Position numbers and translations under genes: made by a program. From positions 7,068,001 to 7,132,000 of the forward strand of contig JAQFVV010000009.1 of assembly GCA_028023455.1 (NCBI GenBank): a stretch of DNA of 64,000 nt, written 5' to 3'. The notes under the pieces are model-generated. The model was not told the DNA's origin. It saw nothing but the letters and a program-made list of their open reading frames with translations, and ran no database searches. Source of the stretch: Epiperipatus broadwayi. Taxonomy: Eukaryota; Animalia; Onychophora. Shown here piece after piece: positions 35,731 to 49,329 of the stretch. Positions within the stretch are counted from its first letter, which is position 1; every line of letters starts with the position of its first letter.

Positions 35731-38700
35731 TATAGATATAATTAAGGTTAGTTCATCCACCTCACATTCCTTTCTTTGGTTCCATTATGCCCAGTATTCA
35801 AACCCAGGGAAAATTCACCTTCGACTTTCTTAACAAGGATGAACATACACATATAGCAACTTCTGCACATATATATAGGTTACATCTAGCATTGATGTTC
35901 AATTTGTTATAGAACTGTTATATAAGAGAAAAATGTGCATGTGTGTATTAAGACTGATAGTTGACTGCAAAGTTGAATCAATAAGTCAGAGACCAGAATA
36001 ATGCAAACGAATAGTTTAACATTTATTTGACTATGACAAAATGAATTGAGAGTAAATATTTTAGCAGCAATAATTAATTAAATAATCTTACGAGTCCAAT
36101 CTCTTTTACCCGATGGTAGAAATCCATGATGACACCAAATTATTCACAAGATTATTGAAAAAAAATATATAAACACGATGCTATCTAAATGAAATATCCA
36201 TTTTTATATATGTACAGTAACATCATTGTTTATTCTTGGTTGAAGACATCACTTGATTAGATTCCCCAAACTAAGGTATAAATCACTATTGTCATAGATA
36301 AGAACACATATATATATACGAGATAGTTTGTCATTTATATCGAAAACGAATATATAACGATTGTTAATTAACAATAAAAAAAAAAAAAAACTTTAACTCT
36401 GTCCTATGCCAATGTTTGTAATTTAATTTGAGATAATAAATGAAGATCTTACCTCCATTCATATGGATGATTAGATGTCAAGTCACTATAAAAGCAAGGG
36501 TAAGCCTAAACTTTATTTACAATAATAATAGTAAGGTATTTATTTATATAGCGCTATGTTAATAAATTGCATTAGCCTGATCGCTAATTTACAATTACAA
36601 TAATAAAAAAATAACTAAACATCCATCCCCCTCTCTCTTTTCTATCAATATTATTTAATGGAATGTTCCAAAGGCCAAACTGTGAAGTTCATGCTCCTGA
36701 GTATGAAAAAATAATTAAAAAAAAAAAAAGAAAAATTTACAATAATAATAATAATCAAATCATCCTGATAATTCAGGAGTTTTGATGTGAAAGTCTTTGA
36801 TAACACAGTTTAGTTCTTCGTATCACTTTTCTCTGGCAAAGGATTGTTCATGTAGCAATGTTTCCTCATGTCGTTTGGAATACAAGCACGTCGACCCTTA
36901 GTTGGCCTATCTCTTGATTTTCCTGCATAAGACTCTGGTTGGACAATAGGCATTTTTTTTAGATATGTTATTGAAGTAGACAACGGAAGTTTCATGCAGT
37001 CATGTTAGGGAAGAGAGCGATCACACATTTCAGCATAACTGTTTTACCCCATATGCATCTTATAAAATTTTGAATTCATAAACTACGATTTAATATTGAA
37101 TAGTTTTTTCTCTTTTAAATAAACTCCATAATGATTTTTGATTACTAGCGATGTTTGTTTTCTCTTTTTCTGTCCATATTTGAAAAAATATCCAAATTTC
37201 TTTGCTAACAGTTCGAAAATAAATTTTGTTATTGCACAAATTTATATGAATTTCTTTTTAAGTTCACTTAATAAACTATTGCTTTCAATTTGATCGGGTT
37301 TTATATCATTGAATCTAATTGAAAGAATTATTATTTCAAACAACATTCTCCATTTTTCTGCATTCGAAATTCCTGTTCAGTTGATAAGTTTTATAGCAAA
37401 AGCATTATTTTCTAAGAATAATTTACAATTGATTTTTTCTTTGTGTCCTCAATTTCAGTTCTAATTTCCTTTTAAGTTGATGTAGCTGCTTATTGTTGTA
37501 TTTATATTATCAATGAAACAATTCATTAATAATAAAATAGAATTACGATTTTATTTTCGTACTGTTTCCTAGTGACTAAACTTGACATCAAGGTCATCTT
37601 CAAGTTTGTCACATATTATTATTTGGCTTTAAACATACAACACAATCTAAGTTTGTCCAATAGTGTATATATTCATAATTTCTTAATTCTTTTGCTATAT
37701 TAATAATCCACTAAAAATATATATAATCTATCATGACTGTCTTTTGTACAAATGTTACTAAATGATCATGTGTTGTGTGTATATATATATTTATGCTCAA
37801 AATAGTGAAAAAGCATCCAGGTGATTTGCACACACTTTAGATGGTTCAAATTGAAATATGGGCTAATTTTGGTTGGCATGATTGAGTTGTAAGTTACCCT
37901 TACAACCCATAGCTACGATATATTTTTTTTGCTTTAAAAATACTTTTATTGATCACAAAGGAAGCATTTCACTGCTGCTCTTAAGTTGAACATAATTGCT
38001 TTCATTATTAACTTGCATTTTGGGACCATTTTAAAATTTCAATTTAATTTTGTGATTGGAAACCAATGGATGAGAAAATAGCTAATAGATTATCAGTGAT
38101 GCTATTCGTATAGGCAGTATTATGAAATTTATGAATTATCTTAAAATTTATACTATGACCATTACACTGGCTCTCTTAATGCCCATGGTTTCAATAATCT
38201 GTAGTTATGATAAAAAATATTGAAAAATTAGCAATTCATATATGTTGTACGGCAGAAATTTTTTTTGGTTCTTGTTCAGAATTTTTTTTTTATTTCTAGC
38301 ACTGTTACAGCCGTTTGCAGTTTTTATAATGGTAGTAATTTCCCATGTCTAAAAACTATTAACTGCTTTGTTAATGTGATAAGTTGTAAGTAATTAATTT
38401 AGTTTTAATAGAAAAAAATTGTATATTGAAACTGGCCAGATATTCAATAAAAATAATCAATTTATGAAAATAGTAAAAAAAAAATGGGCAGGGGGGATTT
38501 TAATTTGTGTTACTTGCTTATAAAACTCGTAAGATTAAGTCCACAATACATCATAAGTATTTTGCAATGATAAAAAAAAAACATTAAATTTATGGATAGA
38601 AGTCAAGAACAGAAAGAATACTCCTGTATGAAGACTTAAGAATCAAGTGACCAGTGATAGGTTACCATCATCTTAGAGCACTTCATTATTTAAATCTATA

Positions 38701-41700
38701 TTTACAGCACAGATCCATACATTTTAAGAATTACTTTTTGAAAATATGTTTTTCATTGATATAAATAAAACTGAATTATTTAGAATTCAACCTCTTTCCA
38801 ATCATTCAAGAAAGTTTTAATAGAAAGCAAATTATGATAATTTGAAAGTGAACAAAAAACTATATATATACAAGTTTTTTTATATTTATTTTTCATAATA
38901 AACTCCATTCTTTAATGAATGTCAGGTGCGCTTATTATTTTTAAATCAATACTTAAGCAGTAGATTAAAGCATATATGATGGAACTCTGACAAGCAATAA
39001 CTCAAATCTTTTTTTGTTTATCATAAGATTTCTGTTAACTGTTTTGATTTTATATACACTTCAACTTACAGGAGAAAAAATAATTTGAAATGTAAATAAT
39101 AGATAAAGCTTATTTGATGGTATACATGTAATTCCATCTTATTAAAAATGAATGTTTAGTGGTCTACCTTGAGAAAAAGTAATGCCAAATTTATTATGCA
39201 TAAATCCAATTTAATTTCATTCTTGCAAATAATTATTTAATTACATGTAAGTAGTTCTTTTCAAGTTTATTCAAAATGAATATTTAGTGTTTCTATCTTA
39301 AGAAACTAAAGTAAATGACAAATTTTCATTGTAGTTATATATATTTGCAACTCTGTTTCATTCTCTTAAGTTGCTGGACTAGTTTCATAGCATAATAGTT
39401 AAGGTCATCATGCGAAAAAGAGACTTCTGTAATTGCAGTTTCAGTAACTATCTTTAAACATGTATGCAAACAAGATATGTTGTAAGATTTTTGTTGAATA
39501 CAACCAACACTAGTCAATCCTACTATTTAGCACATTTGTTTTAAGAAAATTAACTATTTTTTGATATGTTATTAAGAATATATTTAAATGAGTATGGCCT
39601 GTTTGTCAGAGATGTGGAATTGGAAGTTTCAAATTTACATTCTTCATAAAACTGTTAAAAGTAACACTAGACAACAAAGTTAGTTAATACAACTTTAAGA
39701 CTGTGAACATTAGATTTGATCCAGACATTATACCAATATTCAAATCCATTTTGCAAATAGAGCTATGGAACTACACTTATACTTGTGTATTTTGTTCATA
39801 AAAAGGCCTCTTTTCTATCAAGATTCATTCAGTGATCAAAGCTGTTGTTTCTAATCAGATTAATTAATGTATTCTATTTTATGCAATCTTTTACAAAATC
39901 AGTGTTCCTTGATCTAGTTAGAACTAAAGATAACACAAAGTAAGATTATATAGTGATTTAAGACATTAATAACTAATGATAATTCACATGGGGGACGGAC
40001 ATCCTATCTAATTGAGAATACTTTTGAAATCCTTGAATATCATAAGCAGTCAAAATAGTATATTTGGCAGAAATTATATTTCAATTAAATTCATTACATC
40101 AATTTGGAAAATAAAATTTGTTTTTACTATATTTTAATTTTCTTCTTGTTTAATTTATCCCATAACTCAAATATACCAATAATTAATGTTGCTACTTTTT
40201 CCAAGTAGTTTTAATCTGTATAAAGATGAAAAGCTTAAAAATTTAATTACTATAAATTTGTGGATGCATATATAATGGGATGGATTGTCTCCAACCCACA
40301 ACAATGGATGTATAATCTTGATAGTGTACATAAGTATTTAAAGTTTTTAAAAAAATTAATATAGCATAAAGTAATTTATATAAGTATTTAAAAGCTAGAA
40401 TGACTTGAATATTAATAGAATGATATTTTTCAATTATGGTAAATTATTTAATATTACATAAAAGTCCAATATATTTGTTTCTAATAAAAATAAAAATTTC
40501 TAATGCAACAAAGTAAACATATTTATACTTTCAGGAAATTAAGAAAAAAAAAAAAAAGTGAACTTTTTGAACTTACTCTGTTTTGATACATAAAATAAGG
40601 AAAAAATGACCATTGTATTAATTTTTTTGAGTAATTAAAAAAGAAAAAATATGTAATCCTTTAGCTTATCCAATCTGTATATAGTAGTCCTTATGACTAC
40701 AAATGCAGAAATGAGAATAAGTACAAAATTGAGTTAAGAACAGATTATTGCAGTTTTCTCACTGGTAACCCATAGCTGATGCGTGTGCAGTATCCGAAGT
40801 TCAGACAATATAGAAGTTAAATGTGAATTGGCAGTTGAATTATTTTTTAGTTAACTAAGAAATCTATTCAGTCTACTATATTTATGTATAGAAACATGTT
40901 GATAAAAAACTATACATATATTATTTGAAATATTAATTCTAATGGAGAATGTATTTATATCTACATGAAGTCTATTTATATCTAGAAACACAAAAATTAA
41001 TTTCATTGTTAAAGAAAATAAGAAAAATTGTTTCATAAGATCATAAAGTAATTTTAAATTAACTTTTGTGAAAAAAAGTTTTCATAAACAATTTAGAAAT
41101 TAGTTTAGTACAGATGTTAAATAATGGAATGGATTTAAAAAGGCTTTCTAAGTTTGCAAATTAGAACAAAAAACTAGAACTTTGAAGAAAACTTTAAAAA
41201 AAAAAATTGTCCCTCTTATTACAATTTATCACAAAAAGTTTTGATTAATCTATCTCATAAGTAAAATCAAAATTTTAATGAATTATATTGCAAAAATAAT
41301 TTGGCTAAAATTTAAATTTTTGTATGTCTTCTCTAGATTAATATATCATTAATAAAGTAGTGATCAAAAATTGAAATAGTTTGTTATATTATGGATTAAT
41401 CGATATATTAGAATAAAATTTAATGTTGATAATCACTGAAATACTTCACATGCATTGTGTGCATCTGTGTTATATTTAATATATATAATCACAAAAGTAG
41501 ATGTTACCAATTTATTATTGCTTTCAACTTGCCAAAATATCTTGTATCTATAAATCAGAAATACTTTTTGTATTAGAAAATTTATTTATTTTATTATTAA
41601 TTGATAATTATTTTAAATTATTATAGAGAATTTATTCAATATCTACGTGTTTGTGTTAAACACTAGTCCATATATGTTTAGCAGAATCCTTGCCATCCAA

Positions 41701-41703
41701 CAA

Positions 41704-42074
41704 ATATGTTGACATTTTATAACTATCTTTAATATTCTTTGAGATGCTAAGGTGCTGAGTTGTTTATTTAATAACATGGATATGACTATTTATAAAATAG
41801 AAATTCAGATTACAGTACTAGCCAAAATTTTTTTTTTACTAAATTCTTCCACACTATGGTTTCATCTATTAACAAATAGACCTTTTCATATGTGGACATT
41901 TTATAACTATCTTTAATATTCTTTGAGATGCTAAGTTGTTTATTTAATAACATGGATATGACAAATTATAAAATAGAAATTCAGATTATAGTATTAGCCA
42001 AAAAAAAAAAAAATTTTTTTTTTTACTAAATTCTTCCACACTATAATTTCATCTATTAACAAATAGACCTTTTC
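41704..42074. repeat. Direct tandem duplication of about 185 bp
   Basis: atatgt.gacattttataactatc...aaatagaccttttca at 41704-41887 and 41888-42074, with few differences. Confidence 0.95.
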
Positions 42075-44145
42075 AATTGAAATTCAACTAAATATACAAC
42101 ATATATATATATATGAAACAAAATAGCCTTTCCATCATTCACTTCAAAAAACAACCTTTAACATCAAAGGATGTTTTCATGAGATTGATGGCCTCGGATT
42201 CAAAAATTTTATCATCAGTTTCTTTTACTCTTCACACTTTTTTCATAAAAGATAACTTCTGCATTGTCAAATATTTTATAACCTGTGTTCAGTTTATGAA
42301 TATACAAAGGTGAGTTATGATATTATTTTTGCATGAAAATGGACATGGAAGCATACAAATGAAGGAACAAAAATTAAAGATGCTTTTAGATTTTGATGTA
42401 GGCTCAGATTTGCAACAAGTTCAATAAGAAAACTGATATTCTATTGGAGTCAATTACGTAGGCAAATGATGTAAAAAATATTTCCCATTAATAAAATTGA
42501 ATATCTGGAATTCTGTAAATATAAAAAAAGTTCAAGATACAAAAAAAAAATAATATGACAATTAGTGAGGAAAACAATAGAACAGAATACACCTAAAATT
42601 AGAACTACTTTGCAGTTTTAGAAAAATGAATGTGTGTGAAGAATTATACAGTAATAAACAACACAAGAAAAACTAAGAATTGTTTATATATTTATAATGA
42701 CTTAAGAAATGCAATAGTGATCTGACATTTAAGAAAGATGAAATATATATATATTGGAAATTATATCTATATCTTTTATTAATTCTATACAAAATATATT
42801 AAGATTACCATAACTTGTTTACATAGACTTGGAATAATATCCAAGAGAATTTTGGATGTACAAGCAATTTAGCATAGTAAATCATCTAAGCATTTTATAG
42901 AAAGAACCAAATGAATATGAGCACAGCCAATCTTAGTAGCTTCAAGATCCAATTGAAAAACATTTTTTGTGGGATTGTAGCCTGTCAAAGGCTTGGGGTA
43001 GATTGGAAAGCAATCAAAATGTGAACTTAAAAATGTTTGAGTTAATGAGAAATGGATCTAAGTACATTTTAATATCAAATTGCGTAGACAGTATTTTTCA
43101 CAAGGCTAAATATTTATTTACTCCGAGTCAGCTTTAGCAGCTGAGAACCTCTTGAAAACATTTTTTGCTAATCGCGGGTTCATAGCTAAAGTCAGTATAA
43201 TTTTGGATATATAAAATTTATTGTAGTTTATATATATGGTAGAATAAAAAGCAATTAATATGTGAATTAATGGATTTAAATTCATTTTAATACAAAATTT
43301 GCATATGTAAGTCTTAATAAGTAAATAAAAAGATTATTTTTAAAATAGTTACAAAATCATTTGTTTTAGCGACTTCAAAATGATTTAATAAAAATATTAG
43401 AATATAAATAAAGCATTGTTGGGAACAATTTTTTTTTTTTGATTATTGAACAACATAATAAATTTAATTAAATTTAATTATTATTAGCTTTTATTATGAA
43501 AAAAAATTTTTTTTTTCTGCAAAATCTTCAAAGCCATAATTGTCTAATTGTTCAAAATATTCTTGCAAAATTAATGATCTCAAGTAAGTTTTTTGTATCT
43601 TTTGAAAGTTCTTTTTTTCTGATTCCACAGCCACTGGCATTATCAAGAAAATCTGAAGAGCAATACATTTGGAAATGTAGACTTGTAATTGCAAACAGAT
43701 CTTGAAAATTACACAAAAATTCAGAAATGTTTTTTTAGCTGTTTGAATTGTTTGCAGTATTTTATCTATCATTTCATCAAAACATTGTTCTTTGAAGATT
43801 GTTTTTGGATTTGACAAAGCAATGATTCATTTTCAGATATTTTTTGTGTGTGTTTGCTGAAGCTTTTACTCTGAGACTTGAGGCTCAACATTTATATCTT
43901 TGGAAAGTTTGTTAGCATTAGGATTTAGATAGTTACAAAGTATTTGTAATTAAAAAAAAAAAGCCCTGCAATAGCGTCCATGTTATTTATTTATATTCAT
44001 TACAAAATTAATTTTAAAGAGTAGGGAATACCAGCAAATAAATGAGACTAAAAGCTTATAATTTCTTATATGATTAATGGTTATCATTTTTTGTTTATGT
44101 AGCATCATGCTTTCTGCTTATTATTCTAGCATAATAAATGTAAAT

Positions 44146-45199
44146 TAAACCACTAAACATCGCATGATCATTACTCTTTATGCTTACGCAAACAGTTTAC
44201 AGAGGCTAAACTCTCAATACAGTAGTGTCATTCAGCAAAAGCCAGACTAATCAATGAATGCAAGGTTTGTGCATAAAATCTTTATCTATAGTGCCTACTT
44301 ATTCAATATCTCCAGACTAGTTTATAGTTTGGGCCTTACATCAGTGATGAGCCTTAGATCTGAGAGCACTGCAATCTCCTTTACCTTATTAGTGAAATAG
44401 TTGGTGCTTTACTTCATTAGTGTTTGAAATCAATAAATATATATATGTGCTTTGCGCACAGATAATGAAGCTATTAATAGTGCTTGAAAATAAATAATAA
44501 TATCCAAATGTTATTGCCAAGTGCTTTCCGGATAGTTCATGGCTACTGGAATTTATTTAAGAACTATAATACTGTTGATGCAAATTCATGTGAAGATGCT
44601 ACATAGACCATTTTCGAGATAGAGAAAAGCAGGCCTCTCTTCTATTGATTGCTGCAGGGTCACCCACTATGTAGTAAGCCTCCCTGACTTTGCCAGTGTT
44701 ATCTGCTCTGAAAGAAACAACATTAAACGCAAAGTCAGGAAGGCTACTATATAGCCTGCAGCAATCAATAGAAGAGAGGCTTGCTTTTCTCTATCTCGAA
44801 AAGGGTCTGTGTAGCATCTTCACATAGATTAGCATTAACATCATTATAATTCTTAAATAAATTCCAGTAGCCATGAATATGGAATTATGAACTATCCCGA
44901 AAGCGCTTGGCAGTAACATGTGGATATTATTTATTTTCAAGCACTATTAATAGCTTCTTTATCTGTGCGCAAAGCATATATATATATATATATTTACCTT
45001 ATTAGCTAACTATAAAGCTTTTGAGTCCAGAATGAAAACACTAAAGTGTTTTCAAATTCAAGCTCATTAGCTTGTATAGTTGTACAGATCTGAACTCAGT
45101 TCAGCATCCATACTTTTTGTTATCTTTACACAAGCTGTTACACAGGCTAAACAGCTTGTGTAAGCTATAAAGAATGATCATATGATGTTTAGTGGTTTA
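44146..45199 (-). mobile_element. R1 composite copy with inverted ends, interrupted by a 600-bp palindrome
   Basis: taaaccactaaacatcgcatgatca (44146) is complementary to tgatcatatgatgtttagtggttta (ending 45199). Decayed hammerhead at about 44310-44350 on the - strand. Confidence 0.8.
44393..44992. mobile_element. Palindromic insertion (arms ~250 bp, loop ~35 nt) with 13-bp TSD
   Basis: Arms about 44437-44693 and 44730-44990 are reverse complements; tttaccttattag at 44380-44392 and 44993-45005. Confidence 0.9.
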
Positions 45200-45249
45200 A
45201 TACCAATCCTGCCCAATAGGATTATGGTGACTTTTGTTATTAAAGAACC

Positions 45250-45503
45250 AAAGATATCAAAAAGTATGGATGCTGAAGTGAATTCAGATCTGTACAGTTT
45301 GAATTGAAAACATTTTTGTGTTTTCATTTTGGACTCTAAGCTTTATAGTTAGCTAATAAGGTAAAAAATGGCTGCTGGAGAGTTGCATTAGAACCTAAGA
45401 TCTAGATGCAATGCTCTCAGATCAAGGCCACAAACTAGAAACTAGTCTGGGGATATTGGATGCATACTCTGGCTTGAACTGAAAGCACTGTATGAAGAGT
45501 TTA
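45250..45503 (+). mobile_element. R1 copy in opposite orientation, hammerhead core deleted
   Basis: Reverse complement of 45000-45130 and of 22700-22800; retains AAGGCCACAAACTAGAAACTAGTCTGGGG without CTGATGA. Confidence 0.8.
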
Positions 45504-46119
45504 AATTATTATTTCCTTAGATCCATATACTACTATATTTTGCTTCAGCAGAAAATAAATGGAATATTTTCAGTATAATTAAGTACAATTTTTTTTTATT
45601 TTTATAAACTGTAAAGATAGTGAAGGGAGTATTGACATTCATAATTGTTTCAATTATCCTACATTTTTAAGCCAGAGGCCACTGACTATAAATTCTCTTT
45701 TGTGAAGTTAGAGCTGTAAAAAAATCATTATCTATATTTAGTAACTTTTATAGAGTGTACTTTACAAATAAAAAAAATTATAAATATAGATGAGGAAGTC
45801 AATTAATTTTTAATTTCTTCACAAAAAAAAAGTGTTGCAATACATTCTAAGAATAGTAAAATGAAAGTGGAAGAAATTAAATTTTATTATATTGTAAAGA
45901 ATATAACAAAATTTAAGTATTATTAATTTTTGATTTGTTTCTCAACAATAATTTTTTTTTTTGCATTATGATAATAGACATATTAATTGAATATGTTTAA
46001 TTAGAGAAAAGCTTGTTTTAAAGCTAGCCCAGAGTACGAGTTACCATTAAGCTTTGAATTTATAATGAAAATGCATTTCTGCAGTGATTAAAACTTCGGA
46101 ATATCACTATAATGACCTA

Positions 46120-46760
46120 GAATATTGTTAAATTATGAAAAATGTTAGAATCCAATAGCAATGATCATATTACATGACAATACCAAAAAGATTATAAAAA
46201 ACTTAAGTAATTTTTATATTTTGAGGATTAAAATGAGAAAGTAAAAAAATAATAAGATTTTACAGATAATGTAGTTGTATTTGTAAATGATACCTTTATC
46301 ACATTATTAATATTAGATGGAAACATCATGGTTAAAATTAATTACAAACATAAATACAATGTTAAAAGAAATATGCCAATGTGTTTGTAAACAGTTATTA
46401 ATATATATGTTTTAGTTATGCATATGAGACTTGTACTCTAAGTGTAAAATCAAAACAATGACTTTAAGAGAAATATATATTTGGAATAACAAAGGATCAA
46501 AAGCAAAATACATGGTTAAGAACAAACAGAAATCGCTGCAATAATTAAGATGCTGGGTTGGATAGTACTAGAAAAGATAATAGATAGACAATCGCTGTCT
46601 TCTTAAATTGCATTTCAAAAAATAAAAAAAGGTGAGATGGATGGATAAGGAAGTGTGCTGGAGTGATGTGAAGAAATCCTATATATTGGAGAAAATTGAT
46701 TAAATTTGGAAATATCTTCATCCTACAATGGATTGATATTTAAAAATTAGCTTGAATGAA
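46120..46760 (+). mobile_element. RTE-clade LINE remnant
   Basis: FTDNVVVF (YADD-like), LSYAYETCTL, LRCWVG and KVRWMDK fragments in order. Confidence 0.5.
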
Positions 46761-47944
46761 GATGAAAGCATAAAATAAACTCCTATTCTGCATAGAATCT
46801 TTGTTTGGTCAAATATAAATCTCTGATAATGTAAATATCTTATCATTTCTTAATAAGTATACAAATAAAAAGTTTGCAGATAGTTATATATTTCTTTTGA
46901 AACATTTTGTCATCATAAAATTGAGTGACAAATATATTACAGAATATTGAATGACATTTCTTCACCAATCAAAAATTAAGATTTCTTTAAAAACATCAGA
47001 CTAGTTTAAGATTTTTTTTTTTTTGAGTTTTATAAATCAGTCTATATAATTTAACTTTAGCAGAGATATTTCAGATGATGTTCATATTAGCAATTATAAA
47101 GTGATGGTAAGCTAGATAAGATAATGAAATCATTTGCAATAACCATCCTTTTTTTGAATTCGCACAAAATAATCAGCTATATAAGAATGGTTAGGTTTTA
47201 CACATAAGATTCATGCTAGTTTTTTTTTTGTTTGTATTAAAATTGGATACCTATTACTTTATTAATTAAAATGAAAAAAAAAATTAGAACAATAATAAAT
47301 TTATCTTTTAGTAAATATTCAATTTCAAAGCTGTAATCATAATAGTTTGAAACTATTCTGTAATAAGCATTTTTTATAGATATTGTGGCATGTGAAATAT
47401 ATTATTTTCATAATATATTTATAATGTATTACACAAATTAAATTCTTTCACATTAATACCTTTTTAAAAATGAAAACAAAATTTTTTTATAACACCATCT
47501 ATATATGAAGAGTAATTTAATTTGCACAATTATTTACAAAAAAATTTAACAAATTTTATTTACAATAGAAATGTTTTAAGAATTCAATTCTGTAAGAATT
47601 TATTTACAATATTTTTTTGTTTACTTCAATGCTGTAAAATCTGCATTAAAAAAAGCAGGTGGCCTAAAACTAGGCAGATGAGTGAACATCAACACAGCCC
47701 TGAGTTAACTGCTGCAGTCAATATGCTTTGAAGTTTTACACTTCAATTTAAAAGGTTCACTTTTTTCTTTCAAGAAATTAAGTTTGGGAAAATAAAAATC
47801 ACATAATACTTAGAAAATTTCATTTATAAGATTGAGGATAAAATATGTAATTAAATTGATGACAAAAAAATAAAACTCCAGAAGAGAGCAGCAGCAATAA
47901 TAGATCATTCTGTAACAAACACAGATTAATCATTTGTAATAGAT

Positions 47945-48072
47945 TCAGTTGAAGTGGAATTTAAATTGAAATCCATTTCCAAAAGGATTAAATCCATAAA
48001 AGTGTTGACCACCTTGACTTTGTTGTTCAGGATCTAATGGATCTTCACCATTGTCAAATTTCTGCCTTTTTT
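47945..48072 (-). CDS. DNAJC3: DNAJC3/P58IPK terminal exon ((E)KRQKFDNGEDPLDPEQQSQGGQHFYGFNPFGNGFQFKFHFN*)
   Basis: AG acceptor at 48074-48073, phase 1, TGA stop; diagnostic GEDPLD...FKFHFN C-terminus. Confidence 0.97.
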
Positions 48073-49329
48073 CTAAAAATAAATAATAATATAGTTTATT
48101 AATTTTTTTTTTCTTTTTTATTGTTTTGAAAAAAAAAAAATTAATTAAAATTAAGCAATTAGAAACAATATGTAACATTTAATGGCCAGAAGAAAGAATA
48201 ATTTCAGTGATAAACATAATTTCACTTTCTAGTCAGTATCTTTTTACATCTTAATTTAAGTCTAGTTTAAAAATAAAACTTTTTCATTTTATTTAATAAC
48301 TATTTTTTAAAAAATAATGTATTGCTAATTTTTCAATCTGGCCATTGCCTCCCGCTTTGGTGAACTATTGGGCAGTTCATTACATGATGAATAAAACAAT
48401 TTTTTTTTCTAAATAACTGCTTTTATTCAGATTAGTATCCTAAAAAGTAAAAAAAAAAACCTAAAAAATAAGTTTTCTTCAGTTTTTACAGTATGAACAA
48501 AAATAAAAGTGTGGACAGCTTATGTTTAGAAATAGTCTTAAGTTATACTTTCTATCAATATTTATGGGCTTCGTATCAAGCAAAAATTACAATTCAACAT
48601 TTTAAACTTAATTTTCAGTTTTAGTTTCATAACTTGATGATAACTTTCAGATTAGATAAAAAATGTGACTCCAAAAAAGCGTGAAAGTTCTGTAACTTTA
48701 CATTCCTGTTTTACGATTATTGTAAGGATATTAACATAGGGTTTTTTAAAAAAAAAAATCTGAAGAGATCAGTATGTTATTGACAGTCAGCTTAGATATA
48801 AGGCTTTGGCTACTGTCTGTCTAAAAAAAACCCCCTATGCAAAGTATTTGGAATGAAATATTTCTGATTATTTTTATACACTAATCGGTTGATAATTATT
48901 TAAAATAAAAAGAAATACACATGTATACTTAAAACTTATCTTTTATTTTTAGAAATAGAAGTTAATAAACTTGACTAATATAATTAAAGAAAATTACAGT
49001 ATCTACAACATCATTATCTGTCAGAATTGTCCCAATGTTAACTTTTCAAATATTGTAATAATTATAAAGCAAATAACAGATTTTAAGACAGAATTTGATA
49101 GACTTATCATAAATACATATTTGTTTGCAGTAAAAAAAAAATAAAAATGAATTCGTTCATTCTCAGAAAACGTTTACGTAAACTATGAAGTTTATAGTAC
49201 ATTGGATTGTTCTTATTTATAAATCGGTTTTTAAATATTTTTTAAAAATGTAAAATGAGATTTTTTATATTTAGTTATAAAATTAAATGAAAAAGAAATC
49301 AAGTCCAAGTTATTGAGTGTTAATATAAA

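Noticed and set aside
36700-37600. Gypsy gag remnant on the minus strand
   Set aside because: Only a faint SNAEKWRMLFEI resemblance; no further motifs or paired LTR.
30931-43817. Numerous 60-107 aa ORFs (for example 30931, 34132, 43494) as genes
   Set aside because: Low-complexity I/L/F/K/N-rich translations, no splice or homology support; expected by chance at this AT content.
44555-44620. Hammerhead in the 44.4-kb palindrome (GTGAAGA...CGAGA)
   Set aside because: Both arms have G at C3 and lack GAAA; no coherent stems.
44146-45199. R1 as a TIR-type MITE
   Set aside because: Other copies lack paired TIRs and instead have 13-14 bp TSDs and a hammerhead; the inverted ends are better explained as foldback.
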